In this document: in pieces, positions 29,610-32,000 of the stretch
Numbering within the stretch: the stretch's first letter is position 1
How the letters are laid out: each line of letters starts with the position of its first letter
Origin: Zymomonas mobilis subsp. mobilis ATCC 10988
Lineage (GTDB): Bacteria; Pseudomonadota; Alphaproteobacteria; Sphingomonadales; Sphingomonadaceae
Length of the DNA stretch: 32,000 nucleotides
Assembly: GCF_000175255.2 (NCBI RefSeq)
Contig: NC_017262.1
Span: 1,290,001 to 1,322,000 of the forward strand
Direction of reading: 5' to 3'
The notes under the pieces: generated by a model
What the model was told of the DNA's origin: nothing
Databases searched by the model: none
What the model saw: only the letters and a program-made list of their open reading frames with translations
Position numbers and translations under genes: made by a program

Positions 29610-30044
29610 ATGGTCGACAGTATCGGAACCAGCAGCGCATTAAAAGCGGTCAGCGCTGTATCATTAAACAGTTCAAACTCTTCTGGGGATGCCAATTCCG
29701 TCCAGACAGCGATACCGGCGGCTGATGAAAAGACCAAAACCTCCTCGGTCTCTTCTGTAACGGATACTTCCTCAACAGAATCCACCTCGGTATCGACTGA
29801 CAGCAGCAAGTCAAAAGAAAAAAGCACAACCTCTAGCGCGGTAAGTTTTGCCGAAGCGATTGCGGTTGCAGGACCCCCTGTCAACAAGGCTAAAATTCAG
29901 GCCATTCGGGCTTTAATTTCCGAAGGTCGTTATCCTATCAGTGCAAGCGCGATTGCGTCAAAGATGGTTCAGTATGAGACGGCAGATAGCACGTCATCAG
30001 CTTCTTCTGTGACGGCTTCTGCTTCAACTGATTCTAATGAGTGA
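29610..30044 (+). CDS. flgM: FlgM-like anti-sigma28 factor with Ser/Thr-rich extensions
   Basis: Core VNKAKIQAIRALISEGRYPISASAIASKMVQYE matches the FlgM C-terminal motif; located between flgA and an flgN-like gene. Confidence 0.8.
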   Translation: MVDSIGTSSALKAVSAVSLNSSNSSGDANSVQTAIPAADEKTKTSSVSSVTDTSSTESTSVSTDSSKSKEKSTTSSAVSFAEAIAVAGPPVNKAKIQAIRALISEGRYPISASAIASKMVQYETADSTSSASSVTASASTDSNE

Positions 30045-30348
30045 GCTGGCTGAATTAAAAAACGCGATCATTGCCTTGGTGCAAGCCCTTGACGGGCGGA
30101 GCGTCGATGACATCGAAGCTGCCTGCGCGGAGGTTTCTGCCGCAGTCAAAAAAGTTAAAGAGCAAGATGCGTGGCATACCACGGATTCTTTGCGTGAATC
30201 TTTGCAGACAGCCATGAAGCAGGCCGAAGCAGGCCGGCAGCGTAGTCTTTACAGTGCCGATATGATGCAAAAGCTGTTAAGTCAGATGGCTATTTATGGC
30301 TTAACAGATGCGCCTTTGGCTTATCGTCGCACAGGCAAATTTTCATAA
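30037..30348 (+). CDS. flgN: FlgN-like flagellar export chaperone
   Basis: Small helical protein MSELAELKNAIIALVQALDGRSVDDIEAACAEVSAAVKKVK...; overlaps flgM by 8 nt. Assignment leans on position. Confidence 0.6.
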   Translation: MSELAELKNAIIALVQALDGRSVDDIEAACAEVSAAVKKVKEQDAWHTTDSLRESLQTAMKQAEAGRQRSLYSADMMQKLLSQMAIYGLTDAPLAYRRTGKFS

Positions 30349-30394
30349 TTTTCTGACAGCCCTAGTTATTTTCCTTACCCAACTGTCAACTTTG

Positions 30395-30420
30395 CCGTCA
30401 CTTTACCGCGAAAGTGACGG
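30395..30420. other. perfect 10-bp inverted repeat between flgN and flhA
   Basis: CCGTCACTTT (30395-30404) - ACCGCG - AAAGTGACGG (30411-30420); no T-tract follows. Confidence 0.8.
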
Positions 30421-30645
30421 ATTTCCCCGCTAGCTTCCCGATATTATTTTTACTCCGAAATGGACGGCCAATAAAGTCTCCTCAGCGCATTTTTGTCCCA
30501 AAATGCAATGTAATGAGGATTTTGGTATATAAAAATATCCTTTTTTATATAAAAATTTCACTAATAAATGTAGAGAGCATAAAAAAGAACGTTTTATTTT
30601 TCTAAATATTATGTTGTTTTTTTGTTTAAAAATCTTAACAAATTA

Positions 30646-30661
30646 TGGCACAAAAATTGCT
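30646..30661 (+). promoter_or_regulatory. sigma54 (RpoN) -24/-12 promoter upstream of flhA
   Basis: TGGCAC-AAAAA-TTGCT: exact match to the TGGCAC-N5-TTGCW consensus. Confidence 0.85.
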
Positions 30662-30711
30662 TACCTTCAGAGATAAATCTAAAAAATGTCGTAAATTTGG
30701 CAGGAGCGGGG

Positions 30712-30762
30712 ATGACCGGCAAAGGCAAAATTAGTCGTCTTTTGAAAAAGGAAAGTATTTAA
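30712..30762 (+). CDS. 16-aa short ORF translationally linked to flhA
   Basis: AGGAG ribosome-binding sequence (CAGGAGCGGGGATG), ORF MTGKGKISRLLKKESI*; its TAA shares one base with the flhA ATG (TAATG, 30760-30764). Confidence 0.4.
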   Translation: MTGKGKISRLLKKESI

Positions 30763-32000
30763 TGGCTACCGCAGCGGTCAGAAAAACGATCTGGCTTGCC
30801 GCTGGACGCACGGCTATCTTGCCTGTGGCTATTTTGGTTCTGGTGGGATTAATGGTTGTGCCGGTGCCAACAGCGGTGTTGGATATCGGCTTTATTTCCA
30901 ATATCACGATTTCGCTGGCGGTCTTGATGGTGTCGTTGAATGCTGCCAAACCATTAGACTTTTCTTCTTTCCCGACCGTTTTGCTTTTTGCCACACTGTT
31001 ACGACTGTCGCTTAACGTAGCCTCAACCCGCGTTGTTTTGGTAAATGGTCATACTGGCGCAAATGCGGCAGGCATGGTGATTGAATCCTTCGGTCATTTT
31101 TTGATCGGGGAACATTATGTTGTCGGGATTTTCATCTTTGCCATTTTGATGATTATCAACTTGGTCGTTGTGACCAAGGGGGCAGGGCGCGTTTCAGAAG
31201 TCTCTGCCCGTTTTACCTTGGACGCAATGCCGGGTAAACAGATGGCGATTGATGCCGATTTAAATGCTGGTTTAATTACACCTGAAGAAGCCAAAAACAG
31301 AAGACAGGAAGTCGCGACCGAGGCTGGTTTCTATGGCTCAATGGATGGTGCTTCTAAATTTGTGAAGGGGGACGCTGTCGCGGGCGTTCTTATTCTTTTG
31401 GTCAATATTATTGGCGGCCTTATCTTAGGCGTTTTTAGCTATAATATGACCCTTAGCGATGCGGCATCAAATTATGTCCAGCTGGCTATCGGTGATGCTT
31501 TGGTCGCACAGATACCATCTTTTCTGTTGTCTTTTGCAACAGCCTCGATTGTTACCCGCGTTACATCCAGCTTTGACTTGACCGGCCAGATTGTTAGTCA
31601 GTTTAACTCTGCCCGAGCATGGACACCTGTTGCGGTTATTCTGGGTTTTTTAGGCATTGTTCCGGGCATGCCGCATTTTGTTATTTTACCTGCTGCGGGT
31701 CTTTCCGGCTGGACGGCGTGGAAATTGCACAAATCTGCCCAAGCCGAAGCCGCCAAAAAAGAAGCACCGCCGCCTGTCGTGGTGCCAGATACGCCACCGC
31801 CTGTTTCGTGGAATGATGTTTCTGATGGGGCGGTTTTGTCTTTAGAAATTGGCTATGGTCTTATTCCATTGGTGGATGACCGTAAAAAAGCGCCTCTTAT
31901 GGCGCGTGTTACCGGTATTAGACGGCAATTATCCCGCGATTTAGGCTTTGTTATCCCCTTGGTGCGTGTGCGTGATAACCTCTCACTAGGGGCAAACAGC
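30762..32000 (+). CDS. flhA: flagellar biosynthesis protein FlhA (N-terminal part; continues off the right edge)
   Basis: ILVLVGLMVVPVPTAVLDIGFISNITISLAVLMVSLNAAKPLDFSSFPTVLLFATLLRLSLNVASTRVVLVNGH...VVTKGAGRVSEVSARFTLDAMPGKQMAIDADLNAGLI. Confidence 0.97.
   Translation, partial: MATAAVRKTIWLAAGRTAILPVAILVLVGLMVVPVPTAVLDIGFISNITISLAVLMVSLNAAKPLDFSSFPTVLLFATLLRLSLNVASTRVVLVNGHTGANAAGMVIESFGHFLIGEHYVVGIFIFAILMIINLVVVTKGAGRVSEVSARFTLDAMPGKQMAIDADLNAGLITPEEAKNRRQEVATEAGFYGSMDGASKFVKGDAVAGVLILLVNIIGGLILGVFSYNMTLSDAASNYVQLAIGDALVAQIPSFLLSFATASIVTRVTSSFDLTGQIVSQFNSARAWTPVAVILGFLGIVPGMPHFVILPAAGLSGWTAWKLHKSAQAEAAKKEAPPPVVVPDTPPPVSWNDVSDGAVLSLEIGYGLIPLVDDRKKAPLMARVTGIRRQLSRDLGFVIPLVRVRDNLSLGANS

Noticed and set aside
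30414-30605. 63-aa ORF downstream of flgN
   Set aside because: Lies in AT-rich intergenic DNA just upstream of the sigma54 box, with no ribosome-binding site I can defend and atypical composition.
1-32000. CRISPR arrays, tRNA/rRNA genes, toxin-antitoxin or phage-defence islands
   Set aside because: No regularly spaced repeats, tRNA-like cloverleaf sequences or defence-type domains noticed on either strand. This was read by eye, so a tRNAscan/CRISPRfinder/DefenseFinder run would be needed to be certain.

Overview
This window looks chromosomal and alphaproteobacterial. Gene content and order resemble the Sphingomonadales/Zymomonas type; that is recognition of families, not a database result. 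The left part (1-13.7 kb) is housekeeping: trpB(partial)-trpF-pyrF-lapA-like on the minus strand, radA-cvpA-NifU/IscU-like-DUF423 on the plus strand, aroB-aroK on the minus strand, then a small membrane ORF, a secreted conserved hypothetical, xerD, accA and a CckA-like hybrid histidine kinase on the plus strand. The right part (14.7-32 kb) is a flagellar cluster: motB-motA-flgL-flgK-flgJ-flgI-flgH-flgG-flgF-flgE-flgD-flgC-flgB on the minus strand. Divergent from it are a second MotA/PomA-like plus short MotB-like pair, then flgA, flgM, flgN-like and flhA (partial). Two decayed IS5-family elements sit in or at the edge of the flagellar region. One, at 27585-28426, keeps its terminal inverted repeats and TA target duplication. 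The other, about 13.8-14.65 kb, is recognisable only by piecing together three frames and is not visible in the ORF track as a gene. The most interesting unlabelled signals are: a perfect sigma54 -24/-12 match upstream of flhA, followed by a 16-codon ORF overlapping the flhA start codon; a near-perfect inverted repeat between flgN and flhA; a second, minimal-domain stator pair; and an extended Ser/Thr-rich FlgM. I found no convincing defence system, CRISPR array, RNA gene or clearly new multi-gene system.
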